Shown here piece after piece: positions 1 through 10,640 of a DNA stretch of 64,000 nucleotides (its first letter is position 1; the number at the start of each line of letters is the position of its first letter). The stretch is taken from NCBI GenBank assembly GCA_948467875.1, contig CAOKFZ010000002.1:78180-142179 (forward strand). The letters are read 5' to 3'. The notes under the pieces were generated by a model that searched no databases, was not told the DNA's origin, and saw only the letters and a program-made list of their open reading frames with translations. Source of the DNA: an uncultured Clostridium sp. GTDB lineage: Bacteria > Bacillota > Clostridia > TANB77 > CAG-508. A program made the translations under genes and the position numbers.

Positions 1-3000
1 ACAGGTAATGAAACAAAAGGTGGAATTAAGCTCCCAAATGGAACTGTGATTACATATGATGATTTTGAGAAAAAATGTAGAACTCTTAACTTAGGAAGTG
101 CAGATAGCGCTGCACATTGGGTTTGGTTAGATAAAATGTCGCTAACCAAAAAAGATGCAGCGAGAATTTTTAAAGAAATAGATGGATTGGAAAGTCAAAT
201 CGAAGGAACTTATAAATGTACAGGTACAGATAATACGCAGACAATTTTTAGTGAAAATAGAAATTGGGATTTTAATAATCCAAATGAAATATCAACTAAT
301 ATCAAGGAATCATTTAGTAACTTTTTAAATAGTAATTCAGAAGTAAAATTTGTACAAGGTGGGCAAGCGATTACAGCTAACAATATAACTAATTTTTTGT
401 CTGATGATATACTTGATTTTGACAGTTATCAAGATATTGGAACAAGTAATGAATGGGAAGATGACAAAGAAGGAAAATTTCATTACGTTTTTATGAATCA
501 AGGAGTTATTGAAGTACAGTGGTGGCGATATAAAGGTATAATAGAAGCAGATGATGGGGAGCAAGAAAATACTTCTTATGAAATAAAATATACAATTCAT
601 AGAGAAGGAAAGGGAAAGAGTAGTGTAACTCTTGAAATAAATAAAATTACGGTTTCAGAGGAGCCAGCAGAAGAACTTTGTTCAGCACGAGCTAAAAGTG
701 ATGCCGGTTTAAACAAAACTTGTACTAACTGCCGAAATTATTTAAGAACCATTTATGGAGCGATGTCGTCTATGACAGATCGTGAATTTAAAACCTTTGT
801 TCCATATATCAATTGCGTAACAGACCATTGGTTTAGAAATGTGTATTTTACGCAAAAAGCTTTAGTAGAAAATGAAGGAAAGTCAGAAGCTATTTTGACA
901 GATACGAATTATGAAGCAAGAACAGGCGAGAGATGGACATTATACGAAAAAGAGAGAGGAACTACGCAAGATGAATTGTATATATATATACCAGATAGAA
1001 ATGGAAATTATACAGGAGAATTTTACCAAGCAAATGGAAGAAATTATGTGATTTGTAGAAAGGTAGAAGCAGGAGAAGGGCAGTATTCATTTGCCAAAGA
1101 AGGTGGAACAACTTATGTAGCAGATGATAACGGAGATTACAAGTTATATGAAATAGTAGATGCACTTTCAGATGATCCTAATATACGATATTCAGAATAT
1201 ACGAATGCTTCTATTAAAGAATTTAAAGTAGGAAAAAAAGCCATTACAAAGACAGTCAGTGAAGGTTGGACCGCTTATGATGGAGATGTAAAAGTGCAAG
1301 ATGGTGGCTGGGAAGAAGTAGAAGATCCAACAGGTGCTTTGCAAGATATCAAAGATTTGGGACTAACGCCAGTTTATCAAGCAGTAAAAGGAGGCGTTTT
1401 GCAAAGTGATGATGGTGTAAGAGGTCAAACCAATGCTAAAATAAAGGAAATGTTTTTAGATGAGTATTATCTTTATGATGGTTCAGGTTCAAAAGCAGCC
1501 TTAATTGAAGAAGCTAAAAATATGGTAAAAGCAGCAGGAGCAGCGGCAGAAGATATAGATGATCCAGATGTGTTTAAAAAATTAGTGGAAGAAGGAAAGA
1601 TAAAAAATGAGATAAAAGCTGAATATCAAGGAGAAAAATTGAATACTACGATTGATGAAATTTCAGGTTCGATTAATTTGTCTCAAAATTCACTAACGGC
1701 ATTTGAGATTTTGACTAATATGCACACTTTAGATAGTGAATATATTTATCATGATTTTAAAGAGTTGGTGGTGGAATTAAATTATTTTGATAAAGAGGAT
1801 TTAACAGAACCAGCAGAAGAAGTTATGATGTTTCCAGTGGCAGATATTTCTTCAGCAGGCTGGCCAGTTACACGTTATGACAAGAGTGAAGAATTTTATG
1901 GAACTTTGCTACATTCGTCAGAAGATTATAAGGCGTCCAGAGCAGAAACTTTAGAAGAATTGCAAGAATTATTAAGTCAAGAAGAAATTGAAGAAGAGGC
2001 GGAAGAAGAAACAGAAACAACTACTCCAATTCAACCTGAAAATCAACCACAAACTTCTGAAAATATTTTAGTTCAAGCAGCAAAAGACATTTTTGATTAT
2101 GTGGAAGCTGACGGTGGATATGATTATAGTCAAGCCAATAGAGCAAGTAGTTTTGAGGCATCAAAAACGAATAAATTTTATGATTGCTCGAGCTATGTAA
2201 GTTGGTGCTTACAATTGGTAGGAATATTTAATGAAGGGCAATTGATTTCTTCCGATACAATAAAATCAGCAGAACAGTTAGTAGATTATTATCATAGTGG
2301 AGCGCCAAGTACATTAGAACCTGGAATGATATTGATTTATAGTGGGCATGTGAATATTTATGCCGGAAATGGCATGTATTATGATGGAGGCGAACATCAT
2401 GGTATAAAATACAAGCCTTATAATAGAAGTGTTTTGGGATATATTTCTATTCCTAATAATAAAATGACTTATAATGGCGTGACAGGAAGTTCCAATGGAG
2501 TAACAGCAGAAGCTGCTGAATTTGCAGGGTTTGAAGGCGACGAAGCAGTACTTAGCCCAGTCACTGGCGAAGTTGTAAAATATGGTACAGTGGAAAGAAC
2601 GAATATGGAATTAGTGAAAAATGGCAAAAGTGAAGCTGAAGCAAAAGAAGAAGTTGGCTTTATTAAAATAAGAGTTTTAGGAAACACAGAATGTTTGCCA
2701 GGAGACAAAGCGGCGTGTACTTATTTTAGAAAGAATGAGAAACAAAATGGCTATAATCATTTTTGGCAAGAATATTCAGATGCAAGTATCACGAACCATG
2801 TTTTGTATATAGAAGGTTTTGATGTATCTAAGATTTTAGGAAGTAGTCCAGACTCGGACAACAGCGTCAAAGGAGGCAATATTGAAGCATTAAGCAACTA
2901 TATTCAGAGTGATGAAGGACAAGAAAATAGTCATTATGAAACAGATTATCAAGTTCCAGTTTTGCTAGACGAAACGAAAACAGAGGAATTGAAAGAAAGA

Positions 3001-3927
3001 GAAGAGGCAAAAGAAAAGGCAGAATTTACAATAAAAAGAAATGGAAAAATCTACATAAAAGAAGGAGCTGTGATTGGTTATACTTATGAGCAAGACAAGG
3101 CGAATACGGTTGAAAAAACAGTTAATATAACCAAGGCGCAAGCAGAAGAGGAGGCTGCAAAGGAAGAGAAGAATAAAAAAGAGAAAACGAAAACGCCAGA
3201 AAGCAATGAAGAAGATGCTGAAGAAATGGTAAGTGCAACTTATAAAATTGGAAATTACATGAGAATTATTTTTAGAGATAGAGATGACCAAGTTGTTGAA
3301 AATGTAGAAGATTATATGGAAATAGACGACGGAGCAGGACTTAATATTGGCGAATTAGATGACGAGAAATTTTTGTATTGGTTAGGTGTTAAACTAGAAA
3401 GTGGGCAGTTAGAACAAAGAGGTGGAAAGTGGTATTCAATAGTTAAAGACATAGGAGATAGTCAAGGAAAGTCAACTCATATGTTTGGCTTAACAAAATC
3501 TATTAATCAGTTTGCTAGTGAAATGGGATATACAGGAGGTTTTGAAAGAGAGGCAATTCCATTAGAAGAATGTGTGGATGTTTTCTTAGCATTAGTAGAA
3601 GCAGATAAAAATTACATAAAAGGTGAATTGGGAGAAGATATTTCAGATAATTATTTACAAGCATTTATTTGTATTAGGCATAACTATGGTAATTTGACGA
3701 ATAGAGCTGATGAATATAAGCAAAATCACAGCGTTAGTGAGACAACTTGGACAACGTACAATGGAGATTTTGCTGAAGTTTTAAGAAAAAGAAGAAGAGT
3801 AGAATGGATATTGATTACAGAAGGAAGATACTGTAATCCTTATACCAATGGAGAATTTGAGGAAATTGAGTTCCCTTCAGAAACACCATTTACAGATTGG
3901 TGCAAAGAACATGATTTAATACATTAG
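1..3927 (+). CDS. Giant secreted protein with an NlpC/P60-CHAP-like cysteine peptidase domain; 5'-partial because the frame is open to window start
   Basis: There is no stop between nt 1 and the first ATG at 46. Cys motif FYDCSSYVSW and His motif GHVNIYAGNGMYYDGGEHHG around nt 2170-2400 match CHAP/NlpC-P60. The rest is acidic low-complexity sequence. The frame contains no in-frame CGG. Confidence 0.5.
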   Translation, partial: TGNETKGGIKLPNGTVITYDDFEKKCRTLNLGSADSAAHWVWLDKMSLTKKDAARIFKEIDGLESQIEGTYKCTGTDNTQTIFSENRNWDFNNPNEISTNIKESFSNFLNSNSEVKFVQGGQAITANNITNFLSDDILDFDSYQDIGTSNEWEDDKEGKFHYVFMNQGVIEVQWWRYKGIIEADDGEQENTSYEIKYTIHREGKGKSSVTLEINKITVSEEPAEELCSARAKSDAGLNKTCTNCRNYLRTIYGAMSSMTDREFKTFVPYINCVTDHWFRNVYFTQKALVENEGKSEAILTDTNYEARTGERWTLYEKERGTTQDELYIYIPDRNGNYTGEFYQANGRNYVICRKVEAGEGQYSFAKEGGTTYVADDNGDYKLYEIVDALSDDPNIRYSEYTNASIKEFKVGKKAITKTVSEGWTAYDGDVKVQDGGWEEVEDPTGALQDIKDLGLTPVYQAVKGGVLQSDDGVRGQTNAKIKEMFLDEYYLYDGSGSKAALIEEAKNMVKAAGAAAEDIDDPDVFKKLVEEGKIKNEIKAEYQGEKLNTTIDEISGSINLSQNSLTAFEILTNMHTLDSEYIYHDFKELVVELNYFDKEDLTEPAEEVMMFPVADISSAGWPVTRYDKSEEFYGTLLHSSEDYKASRAETLEELQELLSQEEIEEEAEEETETTTPIQPENQPQTSENILVQAAKDIFDYVEADGGYDYSQANRASSFEASKTNKFYDCSSYVSWCLQLVGIFNEGQLISSDTIKSAEQLVDYYHSGAPSTLEPGMILIYSGHVNIYAGNGMYYDGGEHHGIKYKPYNRSVLGYISIPNNKMTYNGVTGSSNGVTAEAAEFAGFEGDEAVLSPVTGEVVKYGTVERTNMELVKNGKSEAEAKEEVGFIKIRVLGNTECLPGDKAACTYFRKNEKQNGYNHFWQEYSDASITNHVLYIEGFDVSKILGSSPDSDNSVKGGNIEALSNYIQSDEGQENSHYETDYQVPVLLDETKTEELKEREEAKEKAEFTIKRNGKIYIKEGAVIGYTYEQDKANTVEKTVNITKAQAEEEAAKEEKNKKEKTKTPESNEEDAEEMVSATYKIGNYMRIIFRDRDDQVVENVEDYMEIDDGAGLNIGELDDEKFLYWLGVKLESGQLEQRGGKWYSIVKDIGDSQGKSTHMFGLTKSINQFASEMGYTGGFEREAIPLEECVDVFLALVEADKNYIKGELGEDISDNYLQAFICIRHNYGNLTNRADEYKQNHSVSETTWTTYNGDFAEVLRKRRRVEWILITEGRYCNPYTNGEFEEIEFPSETPFTDWCKEHDLIH

Positions 3928-3945
3928 AAGGTTAGGAGATAGAGA

Positions 3946-4536
3946 ATGGAAAAAAAACAATTAAAAAAATGTATTGTTATCATAATGGTAATATTGCTTG
4001 TATGCTGTATGATTTTAATAGGAATATTAAATCAAGAGAAAAATTCAGAAAATGCAAAAAATGAAAATCAGAGCTATGAAGAATTTATTCAGAAATATAC
4101 GCAAGAAACAATATTACCTAGAAATATGCTTGAATTATATTCCTATCAAGGAGAGAATGACAAAGATGTTTTATATAAAAGTTTAAGGAAATTTACAGAA
4201 TACATTTCTTATTTAAAAAAGGAAATTGTTGAAGAAAATGAGGAGAGGCAAAAAAATTATTTTGAAAGTCATCGTAAAGAAATAATGGATACACTAGGCA
4301 TTGAGAGACAAGACGATTTTATAGAATTTCTAACTTATATAAAAGCAAAAAATGTAAATGTAGAAAATTTTAATTATGCGGAAATTGAGACAAATTCTTC
4401 AGACTTAAATAGTAAATATTTTTATTTTAAAGTTCACTTCTTTTATTGTGAAAATTTAGAAAATGTAGGTTTTAAAGTTCATTTTGCTTTACAAAAAAGC
4501 AATCGTATATCAGTTAAATATGAACCACTTGACTAA
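3946..4536 (+). CDS. Hypothetical small membrane-anchored protein
   Basis: RBS GGAGATAGAGA precedes the ATG. The N-terminus is a hydrophobic helix (IVIIMVILLVCCMILIGIL). I recognise no conserved motif. Confidence 0.35.
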   Translation: MEKKQLKKCIVIIMVILLVCCMILIGILNQEKNSENAKNENQSYEEFIQKYTQETILPRNMLELYSYQGENDKDVLYKSLRKFTEYISYLKKEIVEENEERQKNYFESHRKEIMDTLGIERQDDFIEFLTYIKAKNVNVENFNYAEIETNSSDLNSKYFYFKVHFFYCENLENVGFKVHFALQKSNRISVKYEPLD

Positions 4537-4636
4537 AAATATTTGATAAAACAGAGTTTAAAATCTTAAGCTCTGTTTTTGTATAAAATTTTTCAGTTTT
4601 TAACAAACTAATAAAAAACAAAAAAAGAGGAGTTAT

Positions 4637-5569
4637 ATGTTTTTCGAGATTATATTCATGATATTAGGATTTATATTTTTGATAAAAGGAGCGGATTTTG
4701 TGGTAAAAGCAGCAAGCAATATTGCACGCAAATTTCATTTATCACAAATGCTCATTGGCATTGTAATTGTAGGGATTGGAACATCGCTTCCCGAGATTCT
4801 TGTAACCATTCAGTCTACCATTACAGGAAATCAAGATATTATCATTGGGAATTCCATTGGCAGTTGTATTTGTAATTTGCTACTCGTCATTGGAATTGCG
4901 AGTGTTTGCAATCCGCTTAAAATAGAAGATAAAATTTTAAAAATACATCTTCCAGTATCTGTTTTTACGATTTTAATGTTAGCGATATTTTGCAATTTTG
5001 GAACAAGCCAGTTATTTGTCAGTAGAATAGAAGCACTTCTATTGCTGATTTTTGCGGCAATTTATATTGGCTATACGATTTATGACGGTAAAGAAGATTT
5101 TGAAAATGAAGTAGAAGAGGAAAGTTCTATTTTTAAAACCATAATTTATTTAATTTTAGGGATATTAGGTTTAAAATATGGTGCCGATTTTGTGGTAAAT
5201 GGAGCTATTTCGATTGCCGAATTTTTTGGCGTGAGTGAAAGCATTATCAGCATGACAGTTGTGGCGTTGGGGACGTCTTTGCCAGAAATCGTGACTTGCA
5301 TTATTGCAACTATTGAAAAGAAAAGTGATTTGGCAATTGGGAATGTAATTGGTTCCAATATTTTCAATATTTGTCTTTTGCCAGGAATTGGTGCGCTCAT
5401 TCGCCCAATTTACTATGACACAGACTTTAATCGTTCTTTAATTTTTTTGCTGATGATAACGACCTATTTATTAGTTTTTGATTTGTTTAAAAATCGAAGA
5501 GAAATCAGCCGCAATCACGGCGTTGTATTTATTTTAATGTTTTTATTGTATGTGAGTTGTTTATTTTAA
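4637..5569 (+). CDS. CaCA-family sodium/calcium exchanger membrane protein (YrbG-like)
   Basis: Two alpha-repeat motifs are present: GADFVVKAASNIA...GTSLPE and GADFVVNGAISIA...GTSLPE. The protein is polytopic and has an RBS AGAGGAG. Confidence 0.75.
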   Translation: MFFEIIFMILGFIFLIKGADFVVKAASNIARKFHLSQMLIGIVIVGIGTSLPEILVTIQSTITGNQDIIIGNSIGSCICNLLLVIGIASVCNPLKIEDKILKIHLPVSVFTILMLAIFCNFGTSQLFVSRIEALLLLIFAAIYIGYTIYDGKEDFENEVEEESSIFKTIIYLILGILGLKYGADFVVNGAISIAEFFGVSESIISMTVVALGTSLPEIVTCIIATIEKKSDLAIGNVIGSNIFNICLLPGIGALIRPIYYDTDFNRSLIFLLMITTYLLVFDLFKNRREISRNHGVVFILMFLLYVSCLF

Positions 5570-5647
5570 TAATTTGCGCTTAAAAAAGTTGAAAAATTTT
5601 TCAATACATGATACAATATTATCAAATAAAAAATTGTGGAGGAAAAT

Positions 5648-6937
5648 ATGAGTATTTTATTGAAAAATGGGACTGTGGTTGATTATGCAAGCAACAAGCA
5701 AGAGAAAAAGGATATTTTAATAGAAAATGAAAAAATTGTAAAAATAGAAAAAGACATAAAAGAAGAAACAAGTCAAGTAATCGACTGTGAGGGATTGTAT
5801 ATCATGCCAGGCATGATTGATATCCATTGCCACTTAAGAGAGCCAGGTGGAGAGCATAAAGAAACGATTGAAACTGGTTCGAAAAGTGCCGTAAAAGGCG
5901 GATTTACAACAATTTGCCCAATGCCAAATACAAACCCAACGCCAGATAATCCAGAAACTTTGAAGCAAATTATTGATGAAGCCAAACGTGTAAATTTGTG
6001 TAATGTTTTGCCATTTTCGAGTGTGACCAAAGGCGAAAAAGGCGAAGAATTGGTCGATTTTGAAACCCAATTAGAAGCAGGAGCAATTGCTTTTTCAGAT
6101 GACGGAATGCCAGTGGAAAATGCAGCCATGATACGAGAAGCCATGCTAAAAGCCAATCAATTAGGCAGTTTTGTGTCTGAACATTGTGAAGAAAAAAGTG
6201 TTTCAAAAGGAGCCATAAACGCAGGAAGCGTTGCTGAAAAATTGGGCGTGGGAGGCGTTTTGCCAGAAGCAGAGGAAATCATGGCAGCACGTGATATTGT
6301 GATTGCCGAAACCAATCAATTGCATACTCATATTTGTCATATTAGCACACAAACTTCAGTTGGTATGATAAGAAGTGCGAAGCAAAGAGGGGTTCAAGTG
6401 ACTTGTGAGACTTGCCCACATTATTATAGTTTCACGGTAGAGGAAGTTTTGAACTCAGGAACGAATGCGAAAATGAACCCACCATTGCGAGAAGAAAAAG
6501 ATAAACAAGCCATTATTCAAGGATTGAAAGATGGAACGATTGATTGTATCATTACAGACCATGCGCCACATGCCAAAGAAGAAAAGGCAAAAGAATTGGC
6601 GGCAGCTCCAAATGGAATTATTGGATTTGAAACAGCGCTTGCTGCGACCATTACCAATTTGGTGGTGCCTGGGCATATTTCGTATTTAGATATGGTAAGA
6701 TTGATGTCTTATAATCCTGCAAAATTGTTGAAAATTGATAGAGGAGAAATCAAAGAAGGGGCAATTGCGGATTTGACAATTTTTAATCCAAATGAAAAAT
6801 ATACATATGAAGAAGCAAGCATTGTTTCAAAATCAAAAAATACACCATGGATTGGAAAACAGTTGCAAGGAAAAGTGCAATATACCATTGTTTCAGGCGA
6901 TATCAAATACGATGCCAATGATACAGAAATTGCGTAA
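5648..6937 (+). CDS. pyrC: Dihydroorotase
   Basis: The metal-binding motif DIHCHLREPG and overall similarity support the call. The start is the ATG after RBS GGAGGA; the track's GTG at 5636 lies inside the RBS. Confidence 0.85.
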   Translation: MSILLKNGTVVDYASNKQEKKDILIENEKIVKIEKDIKEETSQVIDCEGLYIMPGMIDIHCHLREPGGEHKETIETGSKSAVKGGFTTICPMPNTNPTPDNPETLKQIIDEAKRVNLCNVLPFSSVTKGEKGEELVDFETQLEAGAIAFSDDGMPVENAAMIREAMLKANQLGSFVSEHCEEKSVSKGAINAGSVAEKLGVGGVLPEAEEIMAARDIVIAETNQLHTHICHISTQTSVGMIRSAKQRGVQVTCETCPHYYSFTVEEVLNSGTNAKMNPPLREEKDKQAIIQGLKDGTIDCIITDHAPHAKEEKAKELAAAPNGIIGFETALAATITNLVVPGHISYLDMVRLMSYNPAKLLKIDRGEIKEGAIADLTIFNPNEKYTYEEASIVSKSKNTPWIGKQLQGKVQYTIVSGDIKYDANDTEIA

Positions 6938-7021
6938 AATCAATATTATTCGTTTTGTGGAATAATAATTCAAAAATTATGATATTATACGGAGAAAAGA
7001 AGAAAATAAGGAGAAATAAGA

Positions 7022-7945
7022 ATGAATGCGATTGATCAATTAATCGAAAAAATAAAAGAGACCAATAACCCAACTGTGATGGGACTAGACCCAAGGTATA
7101 ATATGTTACCAGAATGTATTAAGCAAAAGTATAACGGAAGCATTGAAAAAATTTGTGAGGGAATTTTGGAGTACAACAAAGCTTTGATTGACAGTGTTTG
7201 TGACATTATTCCAGCAGTGAAGCCACAAATGGCGTTTTATGAAGTGTTTGGGATAGCTGGAATTCAATGCTATCAAGAAACTTGCCAGTATGCCAAAGAA
7301 AAGGGCATGATTGTGATTGTAGATGCCAAAAGAGGCGATATTGGCTCAACAGCGGAAAGCTATTCCAATGCTTTTATAGGCAAAACGAAAATAGAGGATA
7401 AGTTGTATGGCAATGATAATATTGATTTTGTGACTGTAAATGCATATTTTGGGACAGACTGCGTGAAGCCATTTATCGAGGATTGCAAAAAGTATGACAA
7501 AGGGATTTTTATTTTGGTAAAAACGTCCAATCCATCTTCTGGTGAATTGCAAGATTTGAAATTGGAAAATGGAAAAACAATTTATGAGACTATGGGAAGT
7601 TTGGTGGAAAATTGGGGCGAAGAATTGATTGGTGAAAATGGGTATAGCAGTGTTGCAGCAGTGGTTGGAGCAACGTATCCAGAGCAATTGAAAACATTAA
7701 GAGAGCAGATGCCTCATACATTTTTCTTAATTCCGGGATTTGGTGCGCAAGGTGGAAAAGCAGAAGATGTCGCACTTGGATTTGATAAAAACGGATTGGG
7801 TGGCATTATTAACGCATCAAGAAGTTTGATGTGTGCTTATCGTTCAGATAAGTGGAAAGACCAATTTTCGGACGAAGAGTATGCGAAGGCAACTCGTGGT
7901 GAGGCGATTTATATGCGCGACGAATTAAATAAATTCACAAAATAA
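7022..7945 (+). CDS. pyrF: Orotidine 5'-phosphate decarboxylase (long type 2)
   Basis: The DAKRGDIGSTAE motif is present, it follows pyrC, and the RBS is AAGGAG. Confidence 0.8.
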   Translation: MNAIDQLIEKIKETNNPTVMGLDPRYNMLPECIKQKYNGSIEKICEGILEYNKALIDSVCDIIPAVKPQMAFYEVFGIAGIQCYQETCQYAKEKGMIVIVDAKRGDIGSTAESYSNAFIGKTKIEDKLYGNDNIDFVTVNAYFGTDCVKPFIEDCKKYDKGIFILVKTSNPSSGELQDLKLENGKTIYETMGSLVENWGEELIGENGYSSVAAVVGATYPEQLKTLREQMPHTFFLIPGFGAQGGKAEDVALGFDKNGLGGIINASRSLMCAYRSDKWKDQFSDEEYAKATRGEAIYMRDELNKFTK

Positions 7946-8050
7946 AAAGTTATTAACCTTATATTATATCACGTTTTTGTATAAAAGTCAAGAGGTTGCA
8001 GACGTTAATAGGTTTATATAATCATAAAAAAGAAATGATAGGAAAAGACT

Positions 8051-8605
8051 ATGAAATTAGAATATGATGACCTTCAAAAGAAAAGATATTGTAGGTGGAT
8101 GTTTTGGGTATTAATTGTGATTTTTATTTCGTCAGTTAGCGTTTTAGTAATGTGTATTGCCATTGTAGAAATACAGATTACATTGATTATGCTATGCTTT
8201 ATAGTAGTTATAATGGGATGTGGTGTTTTCCAACTTCTTAAAAATAATAAGAAAAATCTTGAAAATATAAAACAAAATGGTACAAAGCTGACTGCTAATA
8301 TACTAGAAACTTGTACGATTAGAAAAAATATGGCTCGTGGATTTCATAGTATAGTAAAAGGTATAAAAATAGAATATGCTGATAAACAAGTTACCATTGA
8401 ATGGATAAAAGAAAACAATGCATATATACTCTTAAAAATGTTATTAAATCCTTATCCTATAAAAGAAAAAATTTATATTCCAATTGACATTTATATAGAC
8501 AATCATAAAATTTATGCAGATTTAGAAAGTGTTGATTTTACTAGGGTTGAGAGATATGGAGAATGCAAAAAAATGATTGATGAAATGAAAGAAAGCAATA
8601 AATAG
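8051..8605 (+). CDS. Hypothetical membrane protein
   Basis: Two N-terminal TM helices are followed by a soluble domain. I see no motif. Confidence 0.35.
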   Translation: MKLEYDDLQKKRYCRWMFWVLIVIFISSVSVLVMCIAIVEIQITLIMLCFIVVIMGCGVFQLLKNNKKNLENIKQNGTKLTANILETCTIRKNMARGFHSIVKGIKIEYADKQVTIEWIKENNAYILLKMLLNPYPIKEKIYIPIDIYIDNHKIYADLESVDFTRVERYGECKKMIDEMKESNK

Positions 8606-8619
8606 GGAGGAAAATAATT

Positions 8620-9045
8620 ATGCTTCAGGGGAAAGATTACATAGGTGTTGGTTGTGGAGCTTTTATTTTGAATGAGAAAAATGAGTTGTTGTTGCAACTG
8701 AGAAATAAAGCTCCAGAGAAAGAATATTGGTGCATTCCAGGTGGTAGATTGGAGATGTTTGAGACATTTGAACAGGCAGTCAAAAGAGAAGTAAAAGAAG
8801 AAACAGGAGTTGATGTTGCTGTGATTGACTGTTTGGGAATTTGTGACCATATTATCAAAGCAGAAGAAAAACATTGGGTTTCGCCTAGTTATTTGTGCAA
8901 AATTATAAAGGGACAGCCGCAAATTATGGAACCAACGAAACATTTAGATATGAAATGGTTTTCGCTTGACGAATTGCCTGAAAAAATAACGATTACAACA
9001 CGTGATGCGATTGAGAATTATAAAAAGTACAAGAACAAAAATTAA
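8620..9045 (+). CDS. NUDIX hydrolase
   Basis: The Nudix box GGRLEMFETFEQAVKREVKEETGV is present and the RBS is GGGAGG. Confidence 0.75.
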   Translation: MLQGKDYIGVGCGAFILNEKNELLLQLRNKAPEKEYWCIPGGRLEMFETFEQAVKREVKEETGVDVAVIDCLGICDHIIKAEEKHWVSPSYLCKIIKGQPQIMEPTKHLDMKWFSLDELPEKITITTRDAIENYKKYKNKN

Positions 9046-9055
9046 CGGAGAGTTT

Positions 9056-10637
9056 ATGGAAAGAATAAAGAAAAATTGGCCAATGTTGGCGCTACTTTTG
9101 GCGATAGCTGGGTGCCTGTTTATTTTGAATATGGCTACATTAATTAGTCCAGACGATTATAGTTACGCTTTTTTGATTGGTGGAGACGACTTGAAAATTA
9201 CGTCTTTTACGGAAATTAAAAATGGTGCGAAATATTTATATAGCAGCTGGACGGGAAGAATTATTCCACATATTTTGGTAGCGTTTTTTATGACGACGAG
9301 CACAACTATTTTTAAGGTGCTGAACACGTTGTTGTTTGTGGTTTTGCTGGTTATCATAAATCGATTCATGACCCATAAAAATTCCTATGTATCGTTGATT
9401 TTGGCTTTTGGCTTTTTGGTATATGGCAAAATGTTTGGCGAAAAATTTGCATGGATTAGCCGGAAGTTTGAATTATTTATGGACAACAACGGCGCTGATG
9501 GCATATTTATACACTATTTATGGTTATTTTGTGGAAAACAGAGATTTGAAAAAATGGCAAAAAATTTTCGTGAGTTTATGTGGATTTTTAGTTGGTTTTT
9601 CGCATGAAGTGATGGCATTTGTAGGAGGCGCTTTTTTAGGAATTTTGTTTTTGGCGAATATCAAAAAAGCATGGAAAACTTCTAAGTGGGATGCCGCATT
9701 TTTGATTGGTGCAGTTTCGCTCTTTGCGGTGGGAGCGATTTTGACGATTATTGCGCCTGGTAATTTAGCGAGAAGTACTGTGGATGTGACAGAAAATAAA
9801 TGGGCTTTGGCGTGTCTTGGAAATTACAAAGATATTAAATGGCAGTTGATAATTATGGTGATTTCTATGATTTGGGTAGGAGTTTTAAAGCAAAAGGAAT
9901 TATTGAAAAAAGAAATCATATATTTTATACTACCATGTATCATTGCGACAATTCCGTTTTCGATTATGGGCTATTTTACACCACGTTGCTTTGTGCCGTA
10001 TGAGGCATTGCTGATTTGCATTGTGGCAGCAAACAGCCAAACAATTGTAAGCCATTCTTTGGAAAGCAAAAAAGTTTATATTTGGGTTTGTAGTATTTTG
10101 ACAATTGTAGCATTTGCGCAGATGCTTCCGACAACGTATTCGGATGTTCGCTATATTTTGCCATATAAAATAAAACTGACGAAGCAATTAGAGCAGGCGC
10201 GAGATAATGGCGAAAAAGATGTGATTGTGAGTAAGTTTTTATTTATGGATAAAATTTGTCGAGAAGATTTGATTAATGTGGATAATTTCTTTTTGGAAAC
10301 GTCAACAGCCAGCGTGGTGAATACGTATTTGTCTTTGTATTATAAGTTTGACTGCATTCGTGCGATTAGCGATGCTGATTATTTTATTGAAATTGACACA
10401 GATATAACGCAAAATGTGGATTATGGAATTTTGAATAAAGATACGTTGGAGTTGATTAGCATTGTTCCAGCAAGTGACAAAATTTGTTTTACCATTCCGA
10501 AGGAGCAGCTAGGCACATATGTGGTGGATTGTCGCGATAAGGATTTGCGTTCTCATGTGAAAAATGTTCGCATTCGAGCGGTGGGCGAAGAAATGCCAAA
10601 TCCGGATTTGGAAATGTTGATTAATCAGGAAAGGTAA
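9056..10637 (+). CDS. Polytopic membrane protein (glycosyltransferase-like); one gene that needs a +1 shift at the in-frame CGG at 9461-9463
   Basis: Track ORFs 9002..9607 and 9408..10637 overlap in different frames. Frame A reads ...FAWIS-CGG. Skipping the C gives GGA AGT TTG... = GSLNYLWTTTALMAYLY, which continues as hydrophobic TM sequence. The frame-A tail after the CGG looks like junk. Confidence 0.5.
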
Positions 10638-10640
10638 ACT

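Noticed and set aside
5773-6206. Antisense ORFs inside pyrC (5773..6156, 5834..6070, 5970..6206). There are similar shadow ORFs throughout: 337..600, 7346..7687, 22006..22194, 24048..24230, 50264..50713, 53638..54099 and others
   Set aside because: They lie opposite strongly supported genes, have no RBS, and their sequences are unlike real proteins. They are typical shadow ORFs.
9002-10637. Two overlapping membrane-protein ORFs (9002..9607 and 9408..10637) as separate genes
   Set aside because: They overlap by 200 nt in different frames. The hydrophobic TM pattern continues seamlessly only if the frames are joined at the CGG at 9461. The frame-A tail and the frame-B head outside the junction look non-coding.
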